DNA from: Octopus sinensis
Lineage: Eukaryota
Assembly (NCBI RefSeq): GCF_006345805.1
Contig: NC_043000.1
Location: 112,158,001-112,222,000, forward strand
Length of the DNA: 64,000 nucleotides
Reading direction: 5' to 3'
Shown here: in pieces, positions 51,409 through 63,810 of the stretch
How positions within the stretch are numbered: the first letter of the stretch is position 1
Layout: each line of letters begins with the position of its first letter
Notes under the pieces: generated by a model
Seen by the model: only the letters and a program-made list of their open reading frames with translations
Databases searched by the model: none
What the model was told of the DNA's origin: nothing
Made by a program: the position numbers and the translations under genes

Positions 51409-51852
51409 TGACATGGAGAAAGCCTTTGACAGGGTCCCCTAATCCCTTATCTAGTGGTCAATGAGGAAACTAGGGATAGAAGAATGGTTAGTTAGAGATG
51501 TGTGAACCATATACAGAGGCGCTGTCAGTAAGATGAGGGTTGGCAACGAGTACAATGAAGAATTCTGGGTAGAGGTAGGGGTCCTTCAAGGTTCAGTCCT
51601 CAGTCCCCTCCTATTTATCATAGTCCTCCAAGCAATAACAGAGGAATTCAAAACAGGATGCCCCTGGGAGCTTCTGTATACTGATGACCTTGTTCTAATT
51701 GCTGACTCACTATCAGAACTAGAGAAGTTTCAGGTGTGGAAACAAGGATGAGAATCGAAGGGCCTTTGAGTCAACCTAGCTAAAACCAAAGTCCTAATAA
51801 GTAGGCAGGCAGACAAACCACAAATCCCTTCAGGTAGATGGCTCTGCTCGAT
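51409..51852 (+). mobile_element. RTE-clade LINE reverse-transcriptase fragment (decayed)
   Basis: DMEKAFDRVP ... GVLQGSVLSPLLF ... ELLYTDDLVL ... NLAKTKVL with several stops. Confidence 0.9.
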
Positions 51853-51859
51853 CCCTGAA

Positions 51860-52403
51860 ATACCCTGAAACTAGTCTGCAGATGCCTGACCAGCAAGAAG
51901 TGGCTGACCTCCCCCGTTTGAAGGTTATAATGGACACAGGTTCGTATGTCACATAGCTAAAGGCGATGGCCTCTTGGAACTAATCAACGGCAGCATTCAT
52001 CCTATTTTTCTGGACTGCCATATTAGCTTGGCAATAACTATTTATATCTAGTTCCACTGCTGTAGTCTCCTTTAGAGAGACTTAAAAATTTTAATATTTC
52101 TATTTTTGAAAACCAGCGGATGTATTCCCCTGAATTTAGGTAAATAATCCTTCAAACAGACGGTTAGTAGCAATGCCTGCTGGGTTCGGCTGCTCTGCAT
52201 TGATAAAGGGCAAATACCCTGAAACATGTCTGCAGATGCCTGACCAGCAAGGGGAAGCGGCTGACCTCCCCTGTTTGAAGGTTATAATGGACACAGATTT
52301 ATGTGTCACATAGCTAGCTAGAGGCGATGGCCTCTTGGAGCTAATCAATGGCAGCATTCGTCCTATATTTCTGGACTGTCATATTAGCTTGGCGACAACT
52401 ATT
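51860..52403 (+). repeat. Direct repeat (about 185 bp, offset 354) carrying hammerhead motifs; retrozyme/Penelope pLTR-like
   Basis: 51860-52042 and 52214-52403 align closely; each starts ATACCCTGAAAC(TA/AT)GTCTGCAGATGCCTGACCAGCAAG. Confidence 0.85.
52195..52235 (+). ncRNA. Minimal type I hammerhead ribozyme with U3-A8 core variant
   Basis: CUGCA UUGAUAA AGGG-caaaua-CCCU GAAA CAUG UC|UGCAG. Perfect 5-bp stem I, 4-bp stem II, palindromic ACAUGU stem III, GUC triplet. Confidence 0.72.
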
Positions 52404-53875
52404 AATACACACACACACATAATGTATTTGTTAAACACGCTAATTAGTATTAAGTTTTTCAGTCTGGTACTTATTCTATCAAACTCTTTCGCTAAATAAT
52501 GGGGACTTAAACAAGCAGTGAAAGAGTGGACAAATGTTGACATAGAGAAGCACAGTGTATATACATGTGTTCGTGTGTGTACATATGTATGGCAGGCTTC
52601 CATGCAGTTTCCTTCTATCAAATTCATTCACCATGCATTGGTCAGCCTGCGGCTATAGTAAAAGGCACCTGCTCAAGGTACTGCACAATGAGATTGAACC
52701 CAAAACCACGTTGTTGTAAAGCAAGCGTGTGTGTATCATCATCGTTTAACATCTGCTTTCCATGCTGGCATGGGTTTGACTGTGGACTGGCAAGCCAGGA
52801 GGCTGCACCAGGACTATATGTGTGCATACGTGCACAGACATAAACTACCCATGCCAGCATGGAAAGCAGACATTAAATGATGACGATAAACACACACACA
52901 CACACAACCCTTTATTTCCTTGTCAGTGTTTTCTGATCATTCCACGAGGATTGATGACAACTAAGGTTAAAAGCCTAAATCCACACCACATAGCATTGGA
53001 TGTAATGGATAAGGTCAGTGACGGTTTGTTATTTAGACATAGTTCAACCAGCTTGGGGTTCATGCTTGGATCCAAAGATATGACATGTGATGCTGATGGT
53101 GGTGGAGGTGGCCTGAATCAATTAAAATTCAGTGTAACTATATATACTTTGTGAATATATTCTCTGAAGATGGTATTGATAGTCAGAGAATTATATGTTA
53201 TTGAGAAAGGCTATTTTTAGTCTGGTGAGGGTCACCTCTGATCTGTTCTTGCTTGGATGGAACCCAAATTTCTCCAAATAACTAAATATTTGTCTTCTAT
53301 TGTTGTCGTGATTTAGCCCTGAGTCAGTTTGGCTCAAACATGCCTATGATGAAAATAGTGTTCACTCAGACAGTCTCGTATCTTCCTTTTTGCAAAGCAG
53401 TAGGGTGTAGTTTTGAGAAAATTTAGCTGTTATTTCTCGAAGGTCAAGTGACAACATAGACGATCCTTTGTTGTCTCTTAATTTAAAAAAAATTTTTTTG
53501 TAAGTTTCAGGTGTTAGCCATTTCTGTATTCTCTTATCAATTTATTTGGTGCTATTTCACCATCACACATGTATTCTGATATCTTCACTCACAAGCTGTT
53601 TCTTCTTCCATGGTAACATGAGTTGGACAAGATTCCATGAGGCTGTATTCTATGGCTAGATGTCCCACATATTGCCAACCCATGCTTTCTAATAAGGGTT
53701 GCCCTTTATTTCATTAGTCTTTACATATCAACCTACTCCAAGACACAAACAAATGATGATGCCAGTGCAGAGCACATGTACAATAATATTAATACATACA
53801 TACAAACAAACAAACATACATACATAAACATACATAACCCCTATTTTTAATTTCTCTTCCCAACTTAACCCCCCC

Positions 53876-53916
<41 letters not shown>

Positions 53917-54108
53917 ACACTTCTAAAAGTCACTCTGGCTTTCTGTAATCTATTTGAGAAATATACAAATATGATATTTTGCCATTTCTTCTCCCATACT
54001 CCCTGCTTATCCCAGTGTATTAATTTGCCCCCTATTTAACCTTCTACCAGCATTCTACTGCTTATATATATATATATGTATGTATATGGTTATTAATCTT
54101 CCTTGCAG

Positions 54109-54206
54109 TATGTGTGTGCCTTTGCTGTGTCTTCAATGTCATCAAATTGGGACAGATTAGGAAAACCTTTCAACTGTCTACTTGGGGAGACTTTTGAATT
54201 ACAAAG
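54109..54206 (+). CDS. OSBPL1: OSBPL1/2-like exon YVCAFAVSSMSSNWDRLGKPFNCLLGETFELQ(R)
   Basis: ccttgcag acceptor, gtaaga donor, 98 nt, phase 0/2; matches the ORD segment VAAFAVS...KPFNPLLGETYEL. Not present in the ORF track. Confidence 0.94.
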
Positions 54207-54491
54207 GTAAGATCTCTTCATCTCTTTTTTCTCTCTCTTCACCCACACACACACATCAATCTTCATTTGATGAGAGAAGGCAGACTTACTATAACATCTC
54301 CATGTGACTGGTTACATACCCATAATTTTATGCACATTCATCTACAGATTATGATTGTTATTATTTAACTCTGGGCTTCCTGAAACAGCTGTCGAGTGAA
54401 GAAATTACATATTTTCCTCATTTTATTCTATACTTTTTGTTCGCCATATATTTATATCAAGCCTATGTTTATCTCCATTACTTTCTCACCT

Positions 54492-54552
<61 letters not shown>

Positions 54553-55094
54553 ACACATAGAGACACTACACTCTCTGCCATCAGCCACTAGAAAATATCC
54601 AGACCTGTTCAGAGCGCTGGTTTACTGTAATTGGTGTTGACAAATCTAGTTCACTGCAACCTGTGTTTACAGAATCGTGTGTTACAATTATCAACTTGGG
54701 ATCATCTCCTCTGTGGTATTCAATCCCTTTAAGAGCCAAATTGCAAAAATGGTAGAATAGTCAACGGTTTGCATTACTTAGTTATCTCTCTTCTTATTCT
54801 GAGTTTTAAGTCTTGTTGGCTTTGAGTTGCCCTTTCTTATATCTTTCCCTTTTTCTTTAAGTATTTTATCTTTACCAACATGATGACGATGATATATAGA
54901 GAAGGACAAGAAGTTTACATATTTATACACACACACATACACATATATTTCTCTCCCTTTCTTTCCCCTTTTATTTCCAAAAGGGCCACCTTTTCACTCA
55001 TATGACCATGTTGTTTAACCCCTTTTCTTGAGAGGTAGAACATGTTGATATTACTTTCAGAGTGATGCATGTTGTGCATTATGAGCAGCTTCCT

Positions 55095-55867
55095 AGTTCT
55101 TTTATCGGCATCCTTTCATCTCTAGATAGCTTCTAGAAATCCTTGGCCTGGCAGTGCTGCTGATGGCTTTCTGCCAGTCTCAGATGAACTCTGTAGGCAC
55201 AGATGTGCCGCCAGGTGGAACGACCAGGATGTGTGCAGAGGGACAAAGCCATACTGCATAAACTTGTGCAGTGTCAAAAGCATTGCTGACTTGTGGAGAG
55301 TCATGTTGTATAGCTGTTGTTCTGACTCTTGGTTGAGTCCATTGTGAGGATTGTCCCATGACCCACCTCTAATGAGGCAGGGCAGGCAGTGTTCCCTTAT
55401 CTAGTGACTATGACAAAAGTGGTTGTGTAGTGGATGAGGCTGAAAGGGTTGAGGACAGACACCTTCTTCACCAGTCAAACCCTCATTGACCTTTTTAAGT
55501 TGTATTTGGAAATTAAAGTGAGAGAGCGAATAAATTTTTCAAAAGGTGGATAAATGTAGCAAAAATGGTTTGGGTGAATGGACTCTAAGAATGTTCCTGT
55601 AGAGTGGAGAACAACAGTTGGATGAGGGCTTTGTGGCGTTGGTAGTCAGGGTGTTCCTGGATCTGTGAAGTTCTTTGGTTGGTCCTGGTTGGAGGTTCTC
55701 TTGTATCAGAACAACTCTATTATAGATCTGTTCAGATATTTTGTCTTCTATATATATTCTGTTTATCTCATTTTCCCTTCCTCCTTTGGTGTAAACTCCA
55801 TCACATCTTGCAAACTGTCCTTGTAATGTCCCTCTCATTTGATAAACACTGTGGCAGAGTTGTTGTT

Positions 55868-55934
<67 letters not shown>

Positions 55935-55935
55935 C

Positions 55936-55979
<44 letters not shown>

Positions 55980-55993
55980 TACTACTACTACTA
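55095..55993 (+). mobile_element. Second, 5'-truncated Tx1-like LINE 3' end with (CTA)n tail
   Basis: Visibly homologous to the reverse complement of about 37570-38100 (shared TGGCAGTGCT, GCATTGCTGAC(T/C)TGTGG, CAGACAC, AAAGTGAG, AAAGGTGG(A/G)T), followed by (CTA/CCA)n at 55869-55993. Confidence 0.7.
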
Positions 55994-56911
55994 TTGAAAT
56001 AATTCTGGTGGAGAGGTGTACTAAATGTTAAATAAAGGTAAAGTAAGATGAAATAATCTTGTCTGTCATATATCTTTGATCTTTTGACTTCATTCACGTT
56101 TGATCTTTCCCCATTTGACAGCAAATGTTATCTTTAGGAAATCATTGATTTTTTTTGTTTTCGATTTTTCTTTTTTTAAAAAAATAATTTTCCCCTGGAT
56201 GTTGGAGTTCTGTGTAAAATAAGAGAGAAAAAATAACAACAACAACAATAATAATAATAATAATAATAATAATAATCTGTGAAGATGTGTTAGTTTGACT
56301 GAATTGATGGAAGACTGCCATATTTGCCATCTTCTAACACCAAGACTTGAGAGGATTAAATTGATAGAAAAATCATTATTAACAACCTTGTTTTAACTTT
56401 GGTTATAACCATCAGTGCTGCTTTAATCATCATTATTGGTTATTACATTTCAACTTATTGATTACTTTGAAAGTAGTTTTGGTTCTTGTGGTGATACTGA
56501 CAGTTGTCATAGTGGTAGTTGTTATTCTGGTAGTAGCGGTGGTGGTGTTTTTTTTGTAGTTGTGGTGGTGGTCATGGTTAGTTCCAAAGAAGAAAAGTTG
56601 ACCCAAATAGAATTTTTTTCCCTTGTTATATAACTAATTTCAGGTTTTTGGTGGAAGTTTTATAGTCGTTATTGCTGTTTAGCCTTGATTTGCTTGAATC
56701 AAATGGTCTGTGTAGAGATTTTAAAAACTTGTATATTTAGTGTGTGTATGTGTAGAGACTCACATAGATTGATATACTCAAGTACTAACATACTATTTTA
56801 AAGGTAGCCTATATGAGTGTTATAGTTGAGTTTCATATATGGTGCTATTTTAGTGCATCTTACAATTAATACACATACACACAGAAAGCAGAAATGACTA
56901 GATATATTTTA

Positions 56912-56944
<33 letters not shown>

Positions 56945-56946
<2 letters not shown>

Positions 56947-57350
56947 ACCTTACTGGCACTTGTGCCCATGCTAGTAGGGTGCCAAGAGCACCATCCAAGC
57001 ATGATAGTTACCAGAGTGGCTAACTGGCTTCTGTGCCGGTGGCACATAAAAGGCACCATTCGAGCGTGATCATTACCAGCATCGTCACCTTACTGGCACC
57101 TGTGCCGTTGGCATGTGTAAAAAGATTTGAGCGAGGTTGTTGCCAGTACCGCCTGACTGGCCCCCATGCCAGTAGCATGTAAAAAGCACCCACTACGCTC
57201 TCGGAGTGGTTGGCGTTAGGAAGGGCATCCAGCTATAGAAACTCTGCCAGATCAAGATTGGAGCATGGTGCAGCCATCTGGTCCACTAGCCCTCAGTCAG
57301 TCCAACCCATGAGAGCATGGAAAGCGGACGTTAATGATGATGATGATGAT
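56945..57350 (+). mobile_element. Family B long copy with internal tandem units
   Basis: Repeated CCTTACTGGCAC(T/C)TGTGCC / GTGATC units, core, and (GAT)n tail. Confidence 0.85.
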
Positions 57351-58145
57351 ACATATATATATATATATATATACACACACGTACGTACACAATATGTTGT
57401 ATACATCTTGGTGTGTCATTATACCTGTAATAATTCATATCAAGAATCTTGCAAACCAAATAGGAAAATGATGTTGTATGATACATTGTGTATAAATATG
57501 AACCTTGTTTCTGTGCATTTAATTTCACTTGCTAGGCATTTGGCAACCTACAGTCATGGTAGAAGACAATTGCAGGCATTCGCACAGTAGGAACAAAGCT
57601 TAAACTATATGGTCTGAAAGCAGACTTCTAAACCACATAGCCATGTGTGTGTGTGTGTGTGTATGAATCTATACTACATTTATCCTGTATGTTATATCTT
57701 TTGGTAGACACATCTTGTTCACCATTTATTCTGTCTTTTCCAACTGAGATAGCCATGTAGCTCTCCTACAGCAAAACACCTATTTCTTTCCCTCTACCAT
57801 ACTTTAGCTTCTAATCCCCGGGCAGACGGCCACCTTCCCTTTCTGCCCTGTGAAGGGGCTTGTCTTGTAAAGTCACTTGGTGATGTCACATAAAAAGCTT
57901 CCAGTACACTCTGTAAAGTGGTTGGCATTAGAAAGGACAACCAGCCATAGAAACTATGCCAAGGCAGAGGAATGGAGCTTGGTGCAGCTCTCCAGCCTTG
58001 CCAGCTCCTATAAAACCACCTAACCCATGCCAGCATGGAAAACAGATGTTAAAAGACGGTGATGATGATGATGATGGTATATATTCCATGTAGTCTATCT
58101 TTTGTTTATATTATTTTGATTAACATTTTTGTTTTTATTTTCCAG

Positions 58146-58322
58146 AAACGACCTTGGTTTCCGTTTGATCTCTGAACAAGTCAGCCATCATCCTCCCATC
58201 AGTGCATTCCATGTAGAATCTGACCTGTTCCAATTTCACGGATCCATCCATCCCAGATTAAAGTTTTGGGGAAAATCAGTTGAAGTCAACCCGAAAGGAG
58301 TTATTACCCTTGAACTTACCAA
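58146..58322 (+). CDS. OSBPL1: OSBPL1/2-like exon with OSBP signature EQVSHHPP
   Basis: ttccag acceptor, gtaacc donor, 177 nt, phase 2/2; NDLGFRLISEQVSHHPPISAFH...KFWGKSVEVNPKGVITLELT; signature at 58174-58197. Confidence 0.97.
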
Positions 58323-58377
58323 GTAACCACCTTTTCTCACTCATCCCTGCAACTTCTTATTTGTATTATTATTATTA

Positions 58378-58774
58378 CTAGCAGTATAGTCCAGCGTTGC
58401 TCGGGCATGTTTTCTTTTTGACCCTTTAGAATTGGAATTTTTGAAAAGTAAAAATTTTGCATTATGTAACTTATCTTCTTTAAGTGAACATTCTTCTGGT
58501 TGAAATACACCAAAAAATTGCGACACAGCAGTCAAAAAATCGTAAAAAATAGGGATTTTCATAAAAAAAAAAGCACTTTTTTGATGTAAATAATTTTTGG
58601 TGTTAACATGGTCCGATTTGATTTTTTTCTTCTACGGAAGGAAGAGCAAGCCTTCTTCTATCATACTCTCAATTTTCGTCAACTTGCGCCGCAGGGTCTC
58701 AGAGGAGATAGTGTTAGTTTGAAGGCTACCAAACCTGCCACACACAGACAACTTCAGTTTTATATAGAGAGAGA
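58378..58774 (-). mobile_element. Non-autonomous Helitron-like element, second copy
   Basis: Same body and TC...hairpin-CTAG termini as 45260-45737. Confidence 0.75.
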
Positions 58775-60236
58775 TTTAAATGAGTTTCCATCCTGTTCTA
58801 ATTACATCCTTTTGAAAAACCTTCTTATTGTATCCTCTTCAATATCAGCTGCCCCTTTCATAAATTGTCTTTGTTGTTTTTCCACCCCTGGACAGTCCTG
58901 ATCTGTTCAGACCTACAATCATAAAAACGGTGATTGCATTATCTAATGTTTCCTCCCATTTTTAAGGCAGTAAGGTAGGATTTAATGCATGTTTAGTTTT
59001 TATTTCTAGCAGTAAGAGTGATCATGTAGAAGCATCTTGTTTTTGTTTAAGGGATGGATGTGTATGTTGTTGTTTCACTCCAGATCAGCCATGAAACATG
59101 AGACCTATGGTCAAGCCATTCCAACTGGCCATCCCTTCATTTATTCAGACATAATGTTCTCTAGCAACATTCTCCATCAGGGTGGTCATTTTAAGAGTGT
59201 AGGCTGTACTTTGGAGGAAATTTGGCAGTTATTTCTAGCAGGCCATGTGACAACATAAAGATTCCTTCATTAACTTGTCTTACCAGCCAGAGTTGATATA
59301 ATAAAAGCTGGTACTGTATTTGCTGGCATTAAAGGTGCACTTTCTTCATTTTTAGATGTATGAAAAAATTGCCCTGCATCTAATGCAGCCGTATTATGAA
59401 TGGGAGACCATAGTGTTGTTGGTTAGGGAGCTGGGTGAGCATCCGTCTGTTTGGTACAATAACTGTTACTAATAATAAAATATTAAAAACAAGTCATAAT
59501 TACCCTAATCTGTTGGCACAAACTTAATGAAATATTCATTACAGTACACTGGTAGTAATATCGGGAGGTCACATCATCTCCTTACACCTCCTTTCTCAGC
59601 GTACATTAATCCATGCTTGATGTGTGTCTTAGTTTTAAGAAACATTTCTTTTATTATCTGTATTTGGAGTTCTCACTCGTTTCTTTTATCTATGGACCCC
59701 TTTGAAATACTATTTTCTGATGGACCCCCATAGCCATTCAATGTTCAAAGATTAGTTTTATGGGAAACTTCTTTTGAAATTCTTATTTTCTTATTCCCAC
59801 ATCAACTTGTGTAGGTTGAAGTGTGTAAAACGTATGAGAAAGAAACCCAGCTGTTTCTTGCAAGACATCCAAAGCAAAATTTTTTTTTCAGGGTCCCTTA
59901 AAATACTATTGTGGACACCCAATTTACTACTTTGTCGCATGGACCCCAAGAAATCTTATAGGGACCCTCAGGGGCTATATGAACATTCTAGAAAAATGAA
60001 AGGAAAGTTAAAGTTCCAGCTGCCTGTCAGCTATTTGTAATGAGTGAATGACAATAAAATCATAACTAAAATGTGCCACCCTGGTTCCAATTGCATCCTG
60101 TATCGCAATTCTCTTGACCAAAATATAAGCAACTATACTGTTGATCTGAAAGAAAGATAAAATTTAAATATGGTACTCATATAATGTAGTTTCCATTTGG
60201 TAAGATTGTAGTTACCTATTTTATTCCAGTATACTG

Positions 60237-60729
60237 CGTGATCGTTGCCAGAACGGCTAACCGGCTTCCATGCCAGTGGCACGTAAAAGGCACCATTCGA
60301 GTGTGATCATTACCAGCGTCGCCTTACTGGGACTTGTGCCCCGTGCTAGTAGGGTGCTAAGAGCACCATCCGAGTGTGATCTTTGCCAGAGTGGTTAACT
60401 GGCTTCCATGCCGGTGGCATGTAAAAGGCACCATTCGAGCAGGATCGTTACCAGCATCGCCTTACTGGCACCTGTGCCGGTGGCATGTGTAAAAAGATTC
60501 GAGCAAGGTCGTTGCCAGTACTGCCTGACTGGCCCCTGTGCCGGTGGCACGTAAAAAGTACCCATTACACTCTTGGAGTGGTTGGCGTTGGGAAGGGCAT
60601 CCAGCTGTAGAAACTCTGCCAGATCAAGATTAGAGCCTGGTGCAGCCATCTGGTTCGCTAGCCCTCAGTCATTCGTCCAACCCATGCTAGCAAGGAAAAC
60701 GGACGTTAAACGATGATGATGATGATGAT
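60237..60729 (+). mobile_element. Family B long, well-preserved copy
   Basis: Several internal tandem units, core, and GGACGTTAAACGATGATGATG tail. Confidence 0.85.
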
Positions 60730-61840
60730 ATGCTATCACAGCATTGTATTTACTTGCAGAGAATCAGTCATTTTTCCCCTACAAATTTGCTTTGAAATAT
60801 CTTTAAATTCGTGTATGACAAAGCGTACTGAATTTTTCCACAGAATATACCTGTAAAGTAGGTGTACATCTTAAGCAAGAGTGCATCTTTTATGTCAGCG
60901 CACTCAGTAAGACACGAGGAATGTCTCCCTGTTCTTCTGAGCAGTGACAAGTTTATTAATAGCCAAACAAGGGAGATAATTTTTGTCAACTTGTGACTGA
61001 TTTGACAAGAATTATTGGAATGTTGGGCAGAATTGCCTGCTTTACTTGTTTTGCTGTTTTATATTCAGAGTTCAGATTTTTTAATGACTAATACGAGTAG
61101 CAGTCAAGCATTAAAGCCATTTCAATCAAATGATAATAGTGCTTCTCCGGATTATGGTTATGCCAAAAAGATCTTTTTAATGTTAGTTTAAATTAGTGTG
61201 TCAGGATCAGTGACCCCTTCAGTGGAACAATTTCATTTGAAATACATTGAGATTCCTTCATTAAAGCCTCAACATTACATTTGTATGTAATAAATCAGAT
61301 ATTGGCATTCAGGCATGAAAGGAAGGCAAGGAATCCAAAGAGATAAATATAGTTTTCTTGCATCGCCCCTGTTTTGAAATCTGGTATATTATCATCATTG
61401 AGGGTTTTAAGAATTGAGTTTTATGTATTTGTTAAAGAATTTCCATCTTGAAGTATTCCCAATTCAACTGAATAATTCGTCTCGTTCAATTTTTGTTTAT
61501 TATCTTTGATAACATTTCTTACTTGTTGAGTACGGTAGATACTGAGATGGAATCGGTTGATAGGTAGCATCACTTCATGTGCTTTTTTCCCCTTCCAAGA
61601 CCATTGAAATCAGTACCATTGTAGACCGAAAGAAGTCATCAACAATACCCCAGAAGAAGTTACTCCAAGTCCACTGTCTAAAACCACTGGAATGATTAAG
61701 CAAAACAGAAGAAAACCCATTGCTCTTACAGAAACAGGGCCCTAAGTCTGTGATGAAATCCTTTTTTAATATTATTATTGTTGTTGTCATATCAAATTGT
61801 TTTCTCAGCCCAAGTTATCATCCATTCAAATTATTTTCAG

Positions 61841-61919
61841 ATTTGGTGAAGTCTACACATGGTCTAATGTCAACTGCTGTGTACATAATGTAATTGTGGG
61901 GAAGCTTTGGGTTGAACAT
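61841..61919 (+). CDS. OSBPL1: OSBPL1/2-like exon (K)FGEVYTWSNVNCCVHNVIVGKLWVEH
   Basis: ttttcag acceptor, gtgagt donor, 79 nt, phase 2/0; matches YTW..CCVHNxIVGKLWxE. Confidence 0.95.
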
Positions 61920-62566
61920 GTGAGTAGCTTTCCTTGTACATTATCTGACCAATGCTTTGCAAATGGAAGAGATGGATGAAAACTATTTCAAAACCCATTT
62001 CGTGTGTGTGTGTGAACAAAGTTCTCCAGTAAATAAAGTCCCATAGTCTATTGGTTTCACAGGAAGACCAGTAGAATAAAGACACCTCATTTGCAAAACA
62101 AATTAGCTGACAAATAATCAGTCTAAACGTTAATTATGTCAAGCCTTAGAACAGTCAGGAGTATTAGCCATCCTCTTTGACTCCAATAACAGTAGAGGAG
62201 CAGAGATCACCAGTCTAAAACTGCAAGCTTTGTGTATAAGTGACCAGTGTTTCATTAGATTCCAGCGCTGTGGTCAAACCTCACTCCTGGAATTTGATTA
62301 CAACTGGGTGTGGATAAAAGAGTGTGAGGTAACCAACCTTCCTTAAATCACAACTTAAAGATGCAGTTTTCAGTAACATCCCAACACATGAATAGATTAT
62401 TGTACAGAACTCACTAACAAATATCTCACACTCCCTGCCTGTCAGTTGCTTTCAAGTATTATAGTACAGGACCCATTAATGTGTGTGTGTGTGTGTGTGT
62501 CTCCTCTTTCTATTTAATGTAACAACACACCGATGTGTCATCATCTCACTCTCTGTTTTCTTATAG

Positions 62567-62685
62567 TATGGTGTAATGGAGGTATTGAACCATAAAACCA
62601 AACATAAAGGTGTGCTCACATTTAAACAAAGTGGCTGGTTTGGCAGAGACTTACACAAAGTAGAAGGATACATCTACAATGCAAG
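62567..62685 (+). CDS. OSBPL1: OSBPL1/2-like exon YGVMEVLNHKTKHKGVLTFKQSGWFGRDLHKVEGYIYNA(R)
   Basis: ttcttatag acceptor, gtatat donor, 119 nt, phase 0/2; matches YG.VEI.NH.T....L.FK..G.FG.ELHKVEGYI. Downstream exons lie beyond the window. Confidence 0.94.
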
Positions 62686-62866
62686 GTATATCCACATTCT
62701 TTATCCTTTCATTTTTCTATGTAGCCTGTATTTTTCTCTCTCTCTCTCTCATATGTATGTATATATAATTTTTTATTATTTATTATTTTTTCTTTTTAAT
62801 TTTCCATACACCCATTTTTATTAAAATTTACTTTCAATTTAGCATTCTGCCTTATAATTTTTCCTC

Positions 62867-62904
<38 letters not shown>

Positions 62905-63497
62905 TATATATATAAATAAATGGAGTTTAACGCAGGTGTAAAAATTCCACATAAACACAAAGTTTCTACCTTTATAAACAAGGAGTTACAACCTCTTTAC
63001 TTGTGTGACTTTTTGCTACCCTGGTAACTATTTATTTTCTCCGTGTTAATTGTTAACAAGGCAAAAATACACTCATCTATCTATATATATATGATAATAT
63101 TGATCACTGAGAATGAGTGCTCAACTGCTCAGTACCACATTAGTGGTTAAATACTCATTAAGAAACCATTTTCCCTGAGTGCTAAACTAATACACCCTGT
63201 TTGTTGTCCTTTCACTCTGGTCTCTGTGGGGGTGGGGTTGTATTTTTGGACCATATGTGTGTGTGTGTGTGTGTGTGATTAAGCAGTAAAACAAGAAAGT
63301 CAGGAAAGCAAGAGTTGATAATAGTTCTTCATTGACAGATATGTCCTGAAGAAACATCTACGGGGATTTATGATGAATTCTCACTTTCCTGATTTTCCTG
63401 TTTTTCTGCATAATTATATTTATAATTACCTCTGTATAACAATTTTAAATGCTTTACTGCCATTCACAACTGACTACTCATCTTGTATTTTACTGTG

Positions 63498-63536
<39 letters not shown>

Positions 63537-63600
63537 GATAAAAACGGTAAGACAACAAAAGAAAGAAAAAGACCTCGATATTATGTAAATAGAGGAATTT

Positions 63601-63810
63601 ATCTGTAAATGTAATATGTGACAATTATTCGGTAACCATGATAAAACTCCGAGTTTCGGATGCCGAGGTGGAAATCCACATTGCCATCTGTTCAGTTATC
63701 CGGCCATCGGAAAAATCCGATGGCCGGATAACTGAAGAGATGGTGGCGTGGATTTCCACCTCGGAGTTTTATCAAGGCTACTGAGTAATTGTCACATATT
63801 ACATTTACAG

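Noticed and set aside
54378-54400. CCTGAAACAGCTGTC, the 3' half of a hammerhead
   Set aside because: No upstream CUGANGA core; at most a fragment of a related element.
60237-60560. Repeat-spacer-like pattern resembling a CRISPR array
   Set aside because: These are degenerate internal tandem units of SINE family B in eukaryotic DNA, with no constant repeat, unique spacers or cas genes.
35975-63773. Idea that all sense-strand hammerheads in this gene are inactivated by selection
   Set aside because: The sense copy at 52195-52235 has a compensatory U3-A8 core and may be active, and the sample is too small.
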